A program made the position numbers and the translations under genes. The notes beneath the pieces are model-generated. The model did not search any database and was not told where the DNA came from. It saw only the letters and a list, made by a program, of their open reading frames with translations. From an uncultured Thermoleophilia bacterium (lineage in GTDB: Bacteria > Actinomycetota > Thermoleophilia > UBA2241), in NCBI GenBank assembly GCA_963715985.1, contig CAVQSP010000013.1, forward strand, positions 32,001 through 96,000: DNA of 64,000 nucleotides. The letters run 5' to 3'. Below, piece after piece: positions 40,148 through 50,505 of this stretch (positions are counted from its first letter, which is position 1; every line of letters starts with the position of its first letter).

Positions 40148-40798
40148 ATGATCGAGGTCGTGATCTGGTCCGACATCGTGTGACCGTGGTGCTATGTCGG
40201 CGTGGAGCGCTGGCGAGGAGCACTGCGAGAGCTCGGCGACACGGCGTCCGGAGTGACCTGGAGGTACGCCGCCTTCGAGCTTGACCCCACCGTCCCGCCC
40301 GGAGGCGTGGACGCGAACGAGTACCTGGCGGCCAAGTACGACGCCGCGATGGTCAAGGACATCTCGGCGCGCCTCGCGGCGGTCGCGGCCGCCGAAGGGC
40401 TGCCGATGACCGACCTCTCCGCCGCGCGCCGGCGCCCCAACACGTTCGACGCGCACCGGCTGCTGACGGCTGCCCTGGAGACCAGGGGCCCGGTGACGCA
40501 GCAGGCGCTCGCCGACGAGCTGCTTCGCGCCTGCTGGGCTGACGGTCGCGATACCGGCGACCACGAGGTTCTGGCGGAGCTGGCCGCTGCCGCCGGACTG
40601 GACGAGGCGCCCGCCCGCGAGATCCTCGCGGGAGACGCCTACGCGGCCGAGGTACGCGCCGAGGAGCGGCTCGCCCGCGAGTCGGGCATCACGGCCGTCC
40701 CGACGTTCGTTGTGGACGGCCGCTTAGCCGTCAGCGGTGCCCAGTCACCGGCCGTTCTCGCGGGCGCCGTGCGGCGCGCTCTGGCGCCGGCGACCTGA
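40148..40798 (+). CDS. FrnE/DsbA-family oxidoreductase, selenoprotein (UPWC)
   Basis: MIEVVIWSDIV-TGA-PWCY at the DxxCPWC site; FELDP, NTFDAHRL, GITAVPTF, SGAQ. Confidence 0.88.
40185..40227 (+). promoter_or_regulatory. Bacterial SECIS-like hairpin
   Basis: CGTGGTGCT/AGCACTGCG lower stem, TGTCGGCG/CGCTGGCG upper stem, GGA loop about 20 nt after the TGA. Confidence 0.7.
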
Positions 40799-40821
40799 GC
40801 CAGGGCGCGCCGGCGCCCGCC

Positions 40822-42657
40822 TCAGAGCACCGCCCGCTGCGGCAGACGGCGCTGCGTGGCCAGGACCACGCGCAGCGCCTCCTGCAGCTCGGCCTTGGCG
40901 AGCGGTCGCAAGGTGGTGGTGTCGATGGCGTCAGACGGCGGCCGGCCTGCGCGGATGGCGTCCGCGTGGCCCTGCAGGCGCAACCCGGACATGCTGGCGA
41001 AGGCCTCGCGCAGCGACTCTGCCGAGTCGCTGCCGCGGACCTGCGCCTCCAGCACCGCCGTGAGCCGGTCCAGCGTGGTGGTCGGGGTGAAGCCCGCCGC
41101 GAAGGAGAAGTACCTCGCCAGGTTCTGGATGGGCAGCAGCCCGCTCACCTTGACGTCCACAGGCCCGGTGAGGCGCTGGCGAAAGCCGAGCGGCGTACGG
41201 ACCTCGGTACCCAGCTCGGCGAGGCCGCTGAGAAAGCGCCAGTGGCGCGGCGCCTTGCGGATGATGCCGTTGAGCGCGGAGACGATGGAGAGGTCGCCGG
41301 CCACGCGGCGGAAGTCGAAGCTGATGGCGGCCGTCATGAGGCGCTCGTTGTCCGATCCCCTCAGGCAGGTCTCGAAGAGGTCGCGCCAGCGGGACGCTGG
41401 CAGGCGCCATGCCGGCAGGCGTGCCACCACGCCGTGCGGATCGGCGGGAAAGCCGCAGAGCTCCACCCCGGCGTTCACCTCCTCGGCCAGTTGGCGGAAG
41501 TACTCGTCCGCCTCGGGGTCGTCCGTGTCCGCATAGGCGAGCCCGTTGTCCTGGTCCGAGACCAGCGTGAGCTCGCTGCGTCCGGCGCTCCCGAAAGCAA
41601 GCCAGGCGTATCGCGCCGGCGCCGTGCCGAGGCGCATCTCGGCGAGTTGCACGAGGCGCGTCACCATGGCGTCGTTCAGCAGAGTGACGATGCGCATGAC
41701 GTCCGGCGCGGCGAGGTTGGCGTCCACGAGGTCGACGAACAGCTTGGGGATGTCGCGGGCGTTCTCGACCAGCTCCTCCTGCGAGTACGCGGCCAGGAGC
41801 GAGTGGCGGAGGGCGAACGGGCTCAGCGCGTCCAGGGTCATGAGGCTGCTGGAGGAGAGCACGCCAAGCACATCGCCGTGCGCGTCCACGACCGGCAGGT
41901 GGTTCACGCCGGTCTCCAGCATGGCGATGCTGGCCTCGGGGGCGAGTGTGTCGGCGCCCACCGTCTGCACCGGTGTGGTCATGATCGCGCTCACCGGCCC
42001 GTCGAACGATGCTTTGGCCGCGACGACCTTGTCGCGCAGGTCCACGTCGGTGACGATCCCGAGCCCGTCGCGTGTGCGCACCAGGATCGCCGAGAGGTCC
42101 TTGGCGGCCATGACACCGGCGGCTTCGGCCACGGTCGTGTCCGGCTCGCAGAACTCCGGGGCGCCGTGCAGGAGGGAGCGGACGGTGCGCGTGCGCACGT
42201 CGGGCAGGGCGCGGGCGGTGCGCGCCGCCTGGATGAGCCGCGCCCGCAGCGTCTTGGCCACGAACACCACGCCGTCGGTGCGGCTGAGCACGTCCAGCGC
42301 CAGCTCTCCGGGGATGCAGTAGAGCGTGGAGTCCTCGCGGGCCCGCGTGGTGAACTCGGGGCTCTCCCCGGTGAGCAGCGTCGGGTGCCCGAACACCTCG
42401 CCGCGCGAGAGGATGTCGACGGCGACCTCCTTGTGGGAGATCACGAGGGCGCCGTCCTTGACGATGTAGAGCTCCGTCCCGGGGGCGCCGCCCTCCACGA
42501 GCACGGTCGCGCCGGCCGGTACGGCGCGCTGCACCATGGCCGCGGCGACGCGTTCGAGATGCTCATGGTGGAGGTCTCTGAACGGCTCCAGCCGGGCGAG
42601 GAACCTGGCGCCCTCCGACAGGTGCTGCGTGGCGTCGCTGTTCGCCGGGGTCTCCAT
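40822..42657 (-). CDS. cNMP-binding/CBS/DUF294 nucleotidyltransferase-like protein
   Basis: GEVFG cNMP fold, GIVTDVDL CBS, FGSAGRSELTLVSDQDNGL, DVKVSGLLPI. Confidence 0.9.
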   Translation of the reverse strand: METPANSDATQHLSEGARFLARLEPFRDLHHEHLERVAAAMVQRAVPAGATVLVEGGAPGTELYIVKDGALVISHKEVAVDILSRGEVFGHPTLLTGESPEFTTRAREDSTLYCIPGELALDVLSRTDGVVFVAKTLRARLIQAARTARALPDVRTRTVRSLLHGAPEFCEPDTTVAEAAGVMAAKDLSAILVRTRDGLGIVTDVDLRDKVVAAKASFDGPVSAIMTTPVQTVGADTLAPEASIAMLETGVNHLPVVDAHGDVLGVLSSSSLMTLDALSPFALRHSLLAAYSQEELVENARDIPKLFVDLVDANLAAPDVMRIVTLLNDAMVTRLVQLAEMRLGTAPARYAWLAFGSAGRSELTLVSDQDNGLAYADTDDPEADEYFRQLAEEVNAGVELCGFPADPHGVVARLPAWRLPASRWRDLFETCLRGSDNERLMTAAISFDFRRVAGDLSIVSALNGIIRKAPRHWRFLSGLAELGTEVRTPLGFRQRLTGPVDVKVSGLLPIQNLARYFSFAAGFTPTTTLDRLTAVLEAQVRGSDSAESLREAFASMSGLRLQGHADAIRAGRPPSDAIDTTTLRPLAKAELQEALRVVLATQRRLPQRAVL

Positions 42658-42744
42658 CTTGTCCGAGTATGGCACAGTCTCAACGCGCGGGACCACGCGG
42701 CGGCGGTGGTAGCATCACGGCGGGGAACGAGAGGAGGGGCCGTC

Positions 42745-43572
42745 GTGAGGCTCGCGCGCACCGCCGCGCTGGTCATGCTCGCCGCCGGTCTGGTGGCCGC
42801 CGCCGCGGCCTCCGCGCCGTCCCCCGCGGCGGCACAGCTGCAGCGCGCGGCCGCGGCGCGCGCGAGCGCCTCCAACAGCCTCCGCGAGTGGTGGTTCACT
42901 CCCAAGGGAGCCCATCGGCGGCCTGGGATCCCCTCCACCGCGGCGCGGCTCGCGCGCACCTACTCCGCTCTCTGGATCGGGCCGCGCCGGGACAAGGTCG
43001 TCTACCTCACGTTCGACGAGGCGTACGAGATGGGGACCACGGCGCGCATCGTCGGCATCCTGGACAGGGCCCACGTGAAGGCGACCTTCTTCGTGACCGG
43101 GCAGTACGTCCGCGCCAACCCCGCCCTCTCGCGACGCCTGGCGGCGCACGGGGAGGTCGTGGGGAATCACACCGGCACGCACGCCGACATGGTCCTCAAG
43201 GCCCGCGACCGCAGCGCCTTCACCGCCGAGCTGCGCGCCACGGAGCGCGCCTATCGCGCGGCCACCGGCCGCCCCCTGGCGCGCCTGTTCCGGCCGCCGT
43301 TCGGGCGCTACAGCGCCCGCGTGCTACAGCTTGCCCAAGAGTTGGGCTACACCACCGTGTTCTGGAGCTTCGCGCACGGCGACTACGACGACGACGCCCA
43401 GCCGCCGGCCGGCGTCACCCTGAAGCGCGTTTTGGACGCAGGCTATCCGGGCGCGTTGTACCTGCTGCACGCCTCCTCGCGCAGCAACGTCGACGCCCTT
43501 GCGCGGGCGATCAGCGGTCTCAAGGCACGGGGCTTCCGCTTCGGCACCCTGGACGAGTTGGCCGCCCTCTGA
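42745..43572 (+). CDS. Polysaccharide deacetylase (PdaA-like)
   Basis: YLTFDE, ATFFVTG, GNHTGTH, FRPPFG, LLH; signal peptide; GAGGAGG RBS. Confidence 0.88.
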   Translation: MRLARTAALVMLAAGLVAAAAASAPSPAAAQLQRAAAARASASNSLREWWFTPKGAHRRPGIPSTAARLARTYSALWIGPRRDKVVYLTFDEAYEMGTTARIVGILDRAHVKATFFVTGQYVRANPALSRRLAAHGEVVGNHTGTHADMVLKARDRSAFTAELRATERAYRAATGRPLARLFRPPFGRYSARVLQLAQELGYTTVFWSFAHGDYDDDAQPPAGVTLKRVLDAGYPGALYLLHASSRSNVDALARAISGLKARGFRFGTLDELAAL

Positions 43573-43624
43573 CGGGTTTGACCGGGGGCAGATTCGTGAC
43601 GACGCACGAGGGAGGAGACGGCCG

Positions 43625-43915
43625 GTGGACATTCGCGCATCCGACGAGGTGGCGGCGTTCGTCTCGGAGCATGGCGGAAGCCTGTACGTGTGGACGTCCA
43701 CGCACCGCTGCTGCACCGGCCCTCTCACCCTTCTGGAGACCGCCGTGGAAGCGCCGGGACGCGGCGCCCATGCGTTCCGCCGCGTCTCCGCCGACGGCTT
43801 CGACGTCCTGCTCGACACCGGTCCCCGCCGGGCGCCGCGCGAGCTCGTCCTCGAACTGAACCGGCGTCGCACCAAGGTCAACGCCTACTGGGACGACGTG
43901 GCGTTCGTCGAGTGA
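43625..43915 (+). CDS. Small CC-motif protein
   Basis: GGAGGAG RBS; VWTSTHRCCTG. Confidence 0.6.
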   Translation: MDIRASDEVAAFVSEHGGSLYVWTSTHRCCTGPLTLLETAVEAPGRGAHAFRRVSADGFDVLLDTGPRRAPRELVLELNRRRTKVNAYWDDVAFVE

Positions 43916-43962
43916 TCGCGGCGGCGGGGCTGGTCCCGGACGACCCCGGGCCCGGCGCAGCT

Positions 43963-43993
43963 ACTTGCGAAGGAGTTGCAGGTGCCGTACTGT
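43963..43993 (+). promoter_or_regulatory. Leaderless promoter with overlapping inverted repeat (candidate Fur-family operator)
   Basis: TTGCGA-17 nt-TACTGT-7 nt-ATG; ACTTGCGA-N5-TTGCAGGT dyad. Confidence 0.55.
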
Positions 43994-44000
43994 CGCACGC

Positions 44001-44459
44001 ATGCATCACGCGCGCGCCACACTCCGCGAGCAGGGCTACCGGCTCACGCCGCAGCGCAACCTCATCTGGGAGGTGCTGCGCGACGCCGGCCGCCACGTGA
44101 CGGCCGAAGAGGTGGCGGCCGAGGTGCGACGCACCCTGCCGGACGTGAACGTGTCCACCGTGTACCGCACTCTGGAGCTGCTCGTGAGCCTCGACTTGGT
44201 GGTGGAGACGCGCCTCGAGGGTAGCGCCGTGTACTACGAGGTGTCGCCGGAACCCACCCACCACCACTTCGTCTGCACGAGTTGCGGCGCCGTCGGGCAC
44301 TTCGGCGACGAGCTTCTCGCTCCGGTTCACGAAGAGCTATCCGCGAACCAGGTCTTCGCCGTGAGTCATATCCAGGTCACGGCGTTCGGGCTCTGCCGCG
44401 AGTGCCGGGGCCTGGAGGACCTCGCCGCCCCGGCGACCGGCGGCGAACGGCCCATCTAG
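44001..44459 (+). CDS. Fur-family transcriptional regulator
   Basis: RLTPQR, STVYRTL, HHHFVCTSCG, GLCREC. Confidence 0.92.
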   Translation: MHHARATLREQGYRLTPQRNLIWEVLRDAGRHVTAEEVAAEVRRTLPDVNVSTVYRTLELLVSLDLVVETRLEGSAVYYEVSPEPTHHHFVCTSCGAVGHFGDELLAPVHEELSANQVFAVSHIQVTAFGLCRECRGLEDLAAPATGGERPI

Positions 44460-44479
44460 GACCCGCAGAAGGAGCATCG

Positions 44480-45527
44480 ATGGACATCGTCGCCATGCAC
44501 ATCCCCGACGGCTACCTTGGGCCGCAGACCTACCTGGTCCTCTGGGTCGTCATGATCCCCATCTGGTTCATCGCCGCGCGTAAGGTCAAGAAGACGCTCA
44601 AGACGAGGCAGATACCGCTCCTCGCGCTCGGCGCCGCGTTCTCCTTCGTCATCATGATGTTCAACGTGCCGGTGGTGGGAGGCTCCACCGGTCACGCCGT
44701 CGGGGCGACGCTGATCGCGATCATCCTCGGCCCCTGGGCGGCGGTGATCGCCGTGTCCATCGCGCTGGTGATCCAGGCAGGGCTCTTCGGCGACGGCGGC
44801 ATCACGGCCATCGCTGCCAACTGCTTCAACATGGCGGTCGTCATCCCGTTCGTCGGCTACTACCTCTACCGTCTGATCGGCGGAGACGCGCCGTCATCGT
44901 CACGCCGTGTCGTCTCGGCGGGCGTGGCCGCCTACGCTGGCCATCGTGGCGGGGGCGATCGTCGCCGGGTTCGAGTTCGGCATCCAGCCCTACATCGCCC
45001 ACACGGCGAGCGGCCAGGCACTCTACGCCCCCTACAAGCTCAACGTGGCGGTGCCGGCCATGGCGCTGGAGCACCTCCTGTTCTTCGGCTTCGTCGAGGC
45101 CGTCGTCACCATGGGCGTGGTGGCGGCGCTGGCGAGGACCGAGCCGGAGCTGCTGCAGATGAAGCCGGCCGCGAAGCCCCTGCGCTGGCTCTGGGCCGGC
45201 ATCGGTGTGCTGATTCTCCTCACGCCCATCGGCGCCCTCGCGCCGGGCACCGCCTGGGGCGAGTGGGGTGGCGAGGAGCTCGACTCGCTGGTCGGCTACG
45301 TGCCTTCGAACCTCGAGAAGCTGGGCGGCCTCTGGAAGGCGGCGATGCCCGACTACGCCACCCCGGGGGTGAGCAACACCTTGCTCGGCTATTTCATCGC
45401 GGCCGTTGTCGGGGTGGCGCTGACGGTGGGCGTCACGTGGGGCGTTGGGGCGCTGCTGGCGCGTCGCCGCGGGGCCGACGCGGACCCGGCATCGCCGCCG
45501 ACACCGCCTACGGTCCCGGCTGGGTGA
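44480..45527 (+). CDS. cbiM: Ni/Co ECF transporter S component CbiM/NikM fused to an N (PDGLE-type) domain (frameshift near 44935)
   Basis: MHIPDGYL, MMFNVP, GHAVG, FGDGG; AWGEW...PDYA. Confidence 0.88.
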
Positions 45528-46408
45528 GCGCGCCCTGCCCGTGCTGCCAGGCTGACGTCGCGCCCGCCGTCCGCCGTCGCGGCGGGCGCTCGCTCGCGCG
45601 CAAGACGGCCGCGTCGGTCGCCGGCGCCATCACGGACGTGCTCCAGAACGAGGAGCTGGCCGCTCGCCCGGGCCTGCTCCAGGGCCTCGACCCGCGGGTC
45701 AAGCTGCTCACCCTCGTCCTCTTCGCCGTCACCGCCAGCCTCGTGCACGCGGTGTGGGCGCTGCTGGCGCTGGTCGCGGTGACGCTCGTCCTCGCAGCGG
45801 CTTCCCGGGTGGGCGTCGGCTCGTTCGCGCGCAAGGTGTGGCTCTCCGCCGGCCTGCTCGCGCTCCTCATCGCGCTGCCCTCGGCGCTCTCGGTCTTCAC
45901 GCCGGGGGCCGCCGTGATCTCGCTGGGGCCGCTGGCGCTCACCGAGCCGGGGCTCATGGGCGTCGCGACGCTGGTCACGCGCGTCGCCGCCGCCGCCGGG
46001 TTCGCCCTGCTGATCATCTGGACGATGCGCTGGCCCGACCTGCTTCGGGCCCTGAGCGCCCTGCGGATGCCCGACGTCGTCGTCGCCACCCTGGCGATGA
46101 CGCAGAAGCAGATCCTCACCCTGCTGCGCACCGTGGAGCAGATCCACCTGGCGCGCGAGAGCCGCACGCTGACGCTCGGCACAACGCGAGCGAACCGGGA
46201 CTGGGTGACGGAGCGCATGGCCTTCGTCGTGCGCAAGTCGATGAAGACCGCGGACGACGTCTACGATGCCATGCTCTCGCGCGGGTTCACCGGCGCGATG
46301 CCGTCGCTCGCGCGCCTGCGTCTGCGCGCGCGCGACTGGATGTGGACGGCGGCGAGCGTAGCGCTCTGCGCCGCCGTCCTCTACGCCGACCGCGGGGTCG
46401 GGCCGTGA
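45524..46408 (+). CDS. cbiQ: ECF transporter T component
   Basis: LDPRVKL, ARESR, AMLSRGF. Confidence 0.88.
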   Translation: MSAPCPCCQADVAPAVRRRGGRSLARKTAASVAGAITDVLQNEELAARPGLLQGLDPRVKLLTLVLFAVTASLVHAVWALLALVAVTLVLAAASRVGVGSFARKVWLSAGLLALLIALPSALSVFTPGAAVISLGPLALTEPGLMGVATLVTRVAAAAGFALLIIWTMRWPDLLRALSALRMPDVVVATLAMTQKQILTLLRTVEQIHLARESRTLTLGTTRANRDWVTERMAFVVRKSMKTADDVYDAMLSRGFTGAMPSLARLRLRARDWMWTAASVALCAAVLYADRGVGP

Positions 46409-47484
46409 CGCCGGCAACGCCCGACTTCGAGCTCGTCGGCGTCAGTCACGAGTATCGGGCCGGCGGTGCTTCGCTGGCCGGCCTCGACCTCACCATCCAG
46501 CCCGGCGAGCATGTGGCCGTGGTGGGCGCCAACGGCACCGGCAAGTCCACGCTGCTCAAGATGCTGGACGGCCTCGTCTTCCCCTCGGCCGGCGAGATCC
46601 GCGCCTTCGGCGCCTCGCTCACCGAGGACGCCCTCGAGGACCCGGCCTATCGCCGCGCCTTCCGCGCCCGCGTCGGCTTCGTCTTTCAGGAGGCCGACGT
46701 GCAGCTCTTCTGCTCCGACGCCTTCGACGAGCTTGCGTTCGGCCCGATCCAGCTCGGCCTGCCCGAAGACGAGGTGCGCCGTCGGGTGAGGGCGGCCGCG
46801 GAGGAGCTGCACATCGAGAAGCTCCTCGACCGGCCTCCCTACACGCTCTCCGGCGGCGAGAAGAAGCGCGTGGCCATCGCCTCCATCATCACGATGCAGC
46901 CGCGCGTGCTGCTCCTCGACGAGCCGACCAACGCCCTCGACCCGCGCAGCCAGGTGTGGCTGCTCGACCTGCTCGAGGACTGGCGCGGCGAGGGCCGCAC
47001 CGTGGTCATGGCCACGCACGACCTCTCCGCCGCTGCGGAGGCGGCCGACCGCATCGTCGTGCTCTCCGAGGAGCACGTGCTGGTCGCCGACGGGACGCCC
47101 GAGGAGGTCCTGACCCAGCGCGAGTTGCTGCTGGAGGTCAACCTCATCCACGAGCACACGCATCGGCACGCCTCCACGGCGCACCGGCACGCGCACGCGC
47201 ACGGGCCGGGCGCCGACCCGCTGGCGGCACACGGGCACGGGCGGCGCTGGGCCGGGCTGAAGCGGCCGCTGAGCAGGCGCCGTCTCTCCGCCAGCGTCCC
47301 CGGGCGGCCTCAGCGGGGCGTGGTCCGGCCGCCAGCCGACCCAACGGTCGGCGGTGCCGCCGCGGGAGGAGAGTCAGGGTGCCCGACCCGTCTGGCCGTC
47401 GTCCGCCATGGTGAATCGAAATCAGTCAGCGGTTCTTCTGCTGCCGCCGTCCGAGGTCGAAGCTGTACGTGCCGGTCCCGGTGA
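46405..47484 (+). CDS. cbiO: ECF transporter ATPase with His-rich tail
   Basis: GANGTGKST, LSGGEKKR, LLLDEPT, HEHTHRH...HRHAHAH; true end may be nearer 47270. Confidence 0.88.
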   Translation: MTPATPDFELVGVSHEYRAGGASLAGLDLTIQPGEHVAVVGANGTGKSTLLKMLDGLVFPSAGEIRAFGASLTEDALEDPAYRRAFRARVGFVFQEADVQLFCSDAFDELAFGPIQLGLPEDEVRRRVRAAAEELHIEKLLDRPPYTLSGGEKKRVAIASIITMQPRVLLLDEPTNALDPRSQVWLLDLLEDWRGEGRTVVMATHDLSAAAEAADRIVVLSEEHVLVADGTPEEVLTQRELLLEVNLIHEHTHRHASTAHRHAHAHGPGADPLAAHGHGRRWAGLKRPLSRRRLSASVPGRPQRGVVRPPADPTVGGAAAGGESGCPTRLAVVRHGESKSVSGSSAAAVRGRSCTCRSR

Positions 47485-48384
47485 GCACGTTGCCGCTGGC
47501 GGTGCCCGAAGACCAGTGGACGTCCCACTGTGAGGAGCCGCCGGCCACCTGGTCGCCGGTCTGGGTGAAGACGATCCGGGTGTGACCATGCGATGGAGCG
47601 TCTACCAGATTCCCGACCAGTCCGGCTCGGCGAGCGCGGCCCGCAGGTTCTTCCACGCATCGCCGGAGAACGCCTTGTCGGTCAGGTACGCGTCCTTGAT
47701 GTCCTCCGCGTTCACGCTGAACCCGAACCAGTTCTTCATCAGATCCAGGTCGGGCGGGTACTTCTTGGTCTCTTCAAGCTTCGTGGCGGCGTAGTCCATC
47801 TTCTCGAGGTACGTCTTCCAGATCTCCGCGAGCTCCGCGACCGAGGCGCCGGCCTTGGCCTTCTTCTCCAGCTGTTCGAGCCACGGCAGGGCCTCGTTGG
47901 CGACGGACGCCATGTACTCGATGTTGCGCTCCTGGAAGAGCCTGTCAGCGTTGGTCTGGTCGTCACCCCTCTGGTCTTCGATGGCATGCGTGACCTCGTG
48001 CCACACGGTCCCACCCCACGCCATCTGGGCGCTGGCAGGCAACTTGCGTGGATCCCTGGAGAGGGTGAGGACGTTGGGCTCGGGGCCGTACCGGGCGTTG
48101 AGCCTCTTCCCCTCCTTGTCGCGCAGATCGGGGTCGATGACGATCTTGCACTGCGCGAGTCGCACGCGGTAGAGCTTCGCGGCGCCGAGATCGGTGGCGG
48201 GCGCGAAGCCGTCCTTGTCGAACTGGGTCATGTAGCTCTTCATGATGCCGTAGGCGCTGCCGTGCAGGGTCTTGGGCGCGGCCAGCGCCGGGGCGACGCC
48301 GACCAGAGTCAAGACGAGCGTGGCGACGCACGCTCCCAGCAGCAGCCGCAGATACCCGGCCCGACGACGACCTTCCCCTTCCAT
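47426..48384 (-). CDS. Secreted protein with HExxH motif (probable frameshift near 47602)
   Basis: Signal peptide, WHEVTHAIED; beta-rich tail in another frame. Confidence 0.55.
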
Positions 48385-48537
48385 CTCCTGCCTCCTGTCA
48401 CCGCACTCTCTCTGAGCTGGGACCCCGCAGTGGCCCCGGCAGTTCCGATAGCGGCAAGTGCATGGGGCGTCGGAATGGAGCGAGCGCTCAAGTACGCCGC
48501 GCCCAAGACGCGCGGGAAGGGCGTACTCGCAGCGCGG

Positions 48538-50235
48538 CTATCTCACGATCAGCGTCGCCCTCCCGACCTTGCTGGCGCTGTTGCCGGCGAGGTCCTCGCC
48601 GGTCACGACGATCTGGTAGATCCCGAGCGGCAGCGTGCACTTGAACTTCACCGTCCACCAGCCGTCATAGTTGTCGTCGTAGTCCCAGGACCAGCTCTTC
48701 TTCACGGCCCCGGTCAGCGTCGTGATGTCGACCTGCGACGTCACCTGGTCGCTCAGCGCGTCGTACACCTTGAAGTAGATCTTGATCGTCTTGCCGCGCT
48801 TCACCGAGGCGTTCCTGGCGGCGCAGACGGGGCCGACCAGGTCGCCGCCTCCGCCGCCCTTGGGGTAGATCCAGTTGATGCCGGCGACGTCGCCGGGCGT
48901 CAGGGCACGCACCACCCACTCGTTGTCGCCGTAGCCGTACATGACCTTGGCCGTGTCACCGGACCCGTACAGGTCGCGCAACTTGAGCCAATGGCCCACC
49001 TCGTGCGTGGCGATCGACTGGATGTCCATCGTCCCCGAGCCGGGGGAACCGTCAGCCCAGTCGTAGTCGTTGTTGAACTGGATGTCGGCCTCGGAGATGA
49101 TGCCGCCGGAGCTGCTGCTGCTCGACTGTGCGATGGTCGCGGCGGGCAGCGACGACGACCAGGAGATGACGTTGCGGCCGTCGTCGGCGAGGCCCGCGCT
49201 CGTCCGGCCGCCGTCCACGAACGTGAAGCCCGAACCGGCGCTGTTCCAGACGGCCGTGCCGGCGTCCACCAAGGTCTCGCGCAGCGAGTCGTCCACGCCG
49301 GAGGTGTTCACGTAGTAGGTGACGCGCGGCGTCGCCCACTTGCGCAGGCCGTAGCCGAACGGCACCGAGAAGCCGAACGGGTTGGACTCGAGGCCGGAGC
49401 CGGTGGTGACCACGACCGGGCCCGAGCCGGCCGAGGCCGAGTAATTCGCGATCGTGGCGACGGGCACGACGCAGTCGATGCGCGTGTCGCTCCACGAGCT
49501 CACCACGCCGGCAGGGATGCGCGTGCCCTCATCGCTGTCGTACGTGAACTCGACCGTGCCTCTTGAAGCGCCGAAGCCTTGGCCGCCGATGACGACGTGC
49601 GTGTCCGTGCCGGCGGAGGCCTCACCGGGGGTGATGGAGGTGATGGTGGGGGCGGAAGCACCACGCGGCGGCGCGAGAGGCGCGGGCGCCGGTCCGGAGG
49701 CGCCCGTCCGAGCCCTGGATGGGTCGAGCGCCGTCGCGATGCGGCCGTTCAGGGTGGCCAGCTTCTCGCCGCTGCCGGCCACACGGCCATCCTCCACCGT
49801 GATCTTGCCCTGGAAGCCGGCGATCACCCAGCCGCGCACGTCGACGAACACGCAGCACTCCTCACCCTGCGAGAACGAGGGCATGGCGTCGACGATGACC
49901 TGCGTGCCGTCCGGCAGCGTGCCGCCGGGCACGTAGAAGGTGGCGACGCGGCCGGGCGCACCCTTGAGCGCCTCGGCCACGCGCAGGCGCACGGCGGTGC
50001 GCACCTGGCCGCCGGCCTCTTCGACGCTCGTCGAAAGTACCGTGCCCTCGACGATGAGGGTGGCGTGCCGCGCCAGCTGCCCGACGCCCATCTGCTCCAG
50101 GGTGGTGGCCTGCGCCGCGGCGGGCAGGAGGAGCGCCAAAGCCAGGAGGAGGAACACGCACGCCCCCCCGGCAGATCGTGCGGCTCGCGACGACCGCGGT
50201 CGCCCTGTGCCTCGCACTCCTCGTCCTGCCATCAT
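48538..50235 (-). CDS. Secreted matrixin-like (metzincin) metalloprotease with IPT/TIG domain
   Basis: PTITSITP...GQGFG, EADIQFN, HEVGHWLKLRD, VMYG Met-turn. Confidence 0.8.
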   Translation of the reverse strand: MMAGRGVRGTGRPRSSRAARSAGGACVFLLLALALLLPAAAQATTLEQMGVGQLARHATLIVEGTVLSTSVEEAGGQVRTAVRLRVAEALKGAPGRVATFYVPGGTLPDGTQVIVDAMPSFSQGEECCVFVDVRGWVIAGFQGKITVEDGRVAGSGEKLATLNGRIATALDPSRARTGASGPAPAPLAPPRGASAPTITSITPGEASAGTDTHVVIGGQGFGASRGTVEFTYDSDEGTRIPAGVVSSWSDTRIDCVVPVATIANYSASAGSGPVVVTTGSGLESNPFGFSVPFGYGLRKWATPRVTYYVNTSGVDDSLRETLVDAGTAVWNSAGSGFTFVDGGRTSAGLADDGRNVISWSSSLPAATIAQSSSSSSGGIISEADIQFNNDYDWADGSPGSGTMDIQSIATHEVGHWLKLRDLYGSGDTAKVMYGYGDNEWVVRALTPGDVAGINWIYPKGGGGGDLVGPVCAARNASVKRGKTIKIYFKVYDALSDQVTSQVDITTLTGAVKKSWSWDYDDNYDGWWTVKFKCTLPLGIYQIVVTGEDLAGNSASKVGRATLIVR

Positions 50236-50505
50236 GCACCTCCTGCCCCGCATCTCACGATGCTGGTCATCGACTCGCTCGTGATGTGGTGATTGTGAGT
50301 GAATCGGCGTGCGACCGCCACGACTTTATCCATCGTACCCGCACGGGCGCCTCCGGCGTGCCGCAGATCGGCCGACCGGCCTGGTCGCCGGGCGCGGCGG
50401 CAGATGGCATACTGCTCGGCAGGTCCCGACTCTCGCGGCCCCGGAGGTCTCTCGTCAGCAGGCCCAAGGCAACCATCTCTGCTCACCTATCGGCTCGCGG
50501 TCCGC

